64,000 nucleotides of DNA from an uncultured Rivularia sp. (GTDB taxonomy: Bacteria > Cyanobacteriota > Cyanobacteriia > Cyanobacteriales > Nostocaceae), in the NCBI GenBank assembly GCA_963665115.1, contig OY762007.1:3840001-3904000 (forward strand), in the 5' to 3' direction. The notes under the pieces are model-generated. The model was not told the DNA's origin, ran no database searches, and saw nothing but the letters and a program-made list of their open reading frames with translations. Below, in pieces: positions 62,501 through 64,000 of the stretch. A program made the position numbers and the translations under genes. The first letter of the stretch is position 1. Each line of letters begins with the position of its first letter.

Positions 62501-64000
62501 CTTGCTGTGAATCTTCTGTTGTTAATTCGGGTAAATCATCCGCTTCAGGAGAAATTGTAAATAAATCTTCTTCGGATGCTTGCTGTGAATCTTCTGTTGT
62601 TAATTCGGGTAAATCATCCGCTTCAGGATAAATTGCAAATAAATCTTCTTCGGATGCTTGCTGTGAATCTTCTGTTGTTAATTCGGGTAAATCATCCGCT
62701 TCAGGAGAAATTGCAAATAAATCTTCTTCTTCGGATGCTTGCTGTGAGTCTTCTGTTGTTAATTCGGGTAAATTATCCGCTTCAGGAGAAATTGCAAATA
62801 AATCTTCTTCTTCGGATACTTGCTGTGAGTCTTCTGTTGTTAATTCGGGTAAATTATCCGCTTCAGGAGAAATTGCAAATAAATCTTCTGACGATCCTTC
62901 TTCCTTAGAATCTTCTAACTCAGTAGAAAACAATTCATCATCATTCGTATTGTCAAAAACGTTTTCATCACCACTCAGCCCTGATTCCAATAAATTATCT
63001 ACAGCATCCCCAGAGAAAACATCATCTAACTGCATCTCTGGTGCTAAATCTGAATTAGTATCTAAATCTTCCAATTCAAGATTTGCAAGTTCGGCTTTAG
63101 AAGAGTTATTTTCAGCAAAAATATCTTCAGAATTCGTAACCTCAATTAAATTTTGCTCTAATGCTTTTGCGACATCTTCATGAGGTATGATTTTCGTTTT
63201 TTCCCAGATATTATCCGAATCTTCTACTGGTGTATCTGAGGAATCATTGAATAAAGCGCTGTCATTATCGTCCGGTTGCGGATCTTCAAATTCTCCAAAT
63301 AAGGTATCTAAGCCGACATCCTCAAAGTTGGGTAAATTTAATTGATCCTGCTGCTCTGCATTTTCTTCTCCCTTATCTTCAGTAGATTCTCCAAACAAAT
63401 GCTCAAAACTACCCGTCTGATTTAAATCTTCAAAACCACCGATATAACTATTAGATTGGTCATTCTCAGAAATAGTTTCACCAAACAGCGAATCTAATTC
63501 AACTTCACCCGAATTCTTATCCTCATCTACACCAAGTTCGAGTAAATCGTTAATATTTTCTTCGTCGCTATCTTCCTCTGAATGATCAAACTTGTTGCTT
63601 GCAGTATCTTTTAAATTTTCTAAATCTGACTCGGAAAAATCTTCGCCAAACAACTGCATTATTGTCATTTCTTCTTTGACAACTGTTTGGTCATTTTCTT
63701 CTTCAAACAAGAGAAAATCTTCAAACTCGCTATCAGTAGTTTTAGATTTTTCGATATTGGCTTCTACATCATTTTTCTCTGGTTTATTCGCTTTTAAATC
63801 AAGAATTTCCTCTTGTTGCCAACTTTGATCGAGTTCGGGAGACTCACCTTCAAATAAATCCGCAAGAGTATTTAACTCAGATATACCAACTTCTGGCCCG
63901 TGAATATCTAAATCGTGAATTACAGTAGCTTCATCGCGGTCAACGTTATCATCAATTTGGTCGGATATTTCAAATAAAGCTGCAATATTATTTTCTGCTT
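59556..64000 (-). CDS. Giant CheA-like hybrid histidine kinase (PilL/HmpE type); 5' end lies outside the window
   Basis: The frame stays open to 64000 (GPEVGISELNTLADLFEGE). MRVPVKHLDNLSNLVGELV dimerisation domain, NAIAHGIE, GRGVGMDVV, CheW domain and C-terminal receiver. Confidence 0.93.
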   Translation of the reverse strand, partial: AENNIAALFEISDQIDDNVDRDEATVIHDLDIHGPEVGISELNTLADLFEGESPELDQSWQQEEILDLKANKPEKNDVEANIEKSKTTDSEFEDFLLFEEENDQTVVKEEMTIMQLFGEDFSESDLENLKDTASNKFDHSEEDSDEENINDLLELGVDEDKNSGEVELDSLFGETISENDQSNSYIGGFEDLNQTGSFEHLFGESTEDKGEENAEQQDQLNLPNFEDVGLDTLFGEFEDPQPDDNDSALFNDSSDTPVEDSDNIWEKTKIIPHEDVAKALEQNLIEVTNSEDIFAENNSSKAELANLELEDLDTNSDLAPEMQLDDVFSGDAVDNLLESGLSGDENVFDNTNDDELFSTELEDSKEEGSSEDLFAISPEADNLPELTTEDSQQVSEEEDLFAISPEADNLPELTTEDSQQASEEEDLFAISPEADDLPELTTEDSQQASEEDLFAIYPEADDLPELTTEDSQQASEEDLFTISPEADDLPELTTEDSQQASEEDLFAIYPEADDLPELTTEDSQQASEEDLFAIYPEADDLPELTTEDSQQASEEDLFAIYPEADDLPELTTEDSQQASEEDLFAIYPEADDLPELTTEDSQQVSEEEDLFAIYPEADNLPELTTEDSELEISDNPFAEESLDIDSTDSSQPLEFDSEAEQESANISNLQEDLEDITSNFQAQLVDDLFAQDIPLDEEISLQATSKEKEITFLPFVYQAKEQVSEENIAAAENEFQQESEDILDDFSQLESLLGEQLPAQVDDEFAALEDLLISDSPQEAASDAPATENAEAEPSIGDEFGDLEKLLEQANTSIPRKNTSKATSPKTTRSAKGEQLMRVPVKHLDNLSNLVGELVVNRNTLEQDQERMRQSLDNLLHQVQNLSDVGARMQELYERSLLEASLLASRKDSGFHFSSSSSSSNSISDMGFSELEMDRFTPFHTLSQEMIELIVRVRESASDIDFVVEDNERVARQFRQVTSQLQEGITRSRMEAFSQVTTRLERGVRDNSIKCGKQVQLFIEGQDTLIDKMILQHLTDPLTHILNNAIAHGIETPEERESRSKPPQGTIKIRAFHQGNQTIISVSDDGAGIDAQKVKNKAVKVGLITQEEANIMSRMEVYELLFHSGFSTKDQADQLAGRGVGMDVVQTSISEIRGTITTDSALGKGTTFTIRLPLTLSICKALSCVSDKARIAFAMDGVEDTLDMPLKEIQEDKNGQKYIFWRDTKLPFRPLSELLTFNRLLSRGNVYAGNRDDDMVSVIIVRSANTMIALQIDQVLSEQEIVIKQFEGPAPKPIGVAGATVLGDGRIMPIVDVLELIDIFEGRTSRQSSVSLWDQKDTLTPAEPAEAKIDPTVLIVDDSITVRELLSLTFSKAGYRVEQARDGQEAWDKLRSGLPCDIVFCDIEMPRCDGLELLSRIQKNPDLNDLPIAMLTSRGADKHRQMAIQLGASGYFTKPYLEEALLEAAVRMLKGEKLVASAGA
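62115..62889 (-). repeat. Coding tandem repeat, 10 copies of 78/81 bp (EDLFAI[S/Y]PEADDLPELTTEDSQQASE)
   Basis: CCGCTTCAGGA occurs at 62147, 62228, 62306, 62384, 62462, 62540, 62618, 62696, 62777 and 62858. Confidence 0.97.

Noticed and set aside
62115..62908. Regular ~78-bp periodicity suggesting a CRISPR array, plus + strand repeat ORFs
   Set aside because: The units are near-identical along their whole length with no unique spacers, lie in frame inside the CheA gene, and no cas genes are present. The + strand ORFs are antisense shadows.
1689..63828. Numerous 60-145-aa ORFs antisense or out of frame within long genes
   Set aside because: They are shadow ORFs of well-supported CDSs with no independent evidence.

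Overview
AT-rich chromosomal window from a filamentous cyanobacterium, probably heterocyst-forming (Nostocales). This is inferred from abundant HIP1 GCGATCGC sites, heptamer STRR tracts, cphBA, the flv1/flv3 pair, a CpeS-type lyase and a TftA-like amidase. Most of the window is housekeeping: flv3/flv1, coaX, argH, larB, a peptide ABC binding protein, ispF, trmD, cphB-cphA, tatA, cbiT, cdsA, a pseudouridine synthase, rodZ, malQ, queA, dnaG, a prolyl oligopeptidase and the 3' part of a giant CheA-like kinase. Intergenic spaces are dense with STRRs, GTAG REP-like hairpins and MITE-like elements. I found no rRNA, tRNA, CRISPR array or intact transposase. The best candidates for something new are: (1) a direct-repeat-flanked pair of HEAT-repeat genes with conserved ends and divergent middles, resembling detached sensor modules of NACHT/NLR-like proteins; (2) two orphan antitoxin-like small genes, one an Rpn C-terminal peptide and one a DUF2283 whose partner survives only as an 11-codon tail; (3) a perfect NtcA-type promoter pointing into about 580 bp with no ORF; (4) a nested MITE with a clear target duplication; (5) a REC-DXCF-cyanobacteriochrome kinase; (6) a pentapeptide-RidA fusion. 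Four genes carry +1 indels in short homopolymers, which are probably assembly errors. All family calls come from motif recognition, not database searches.
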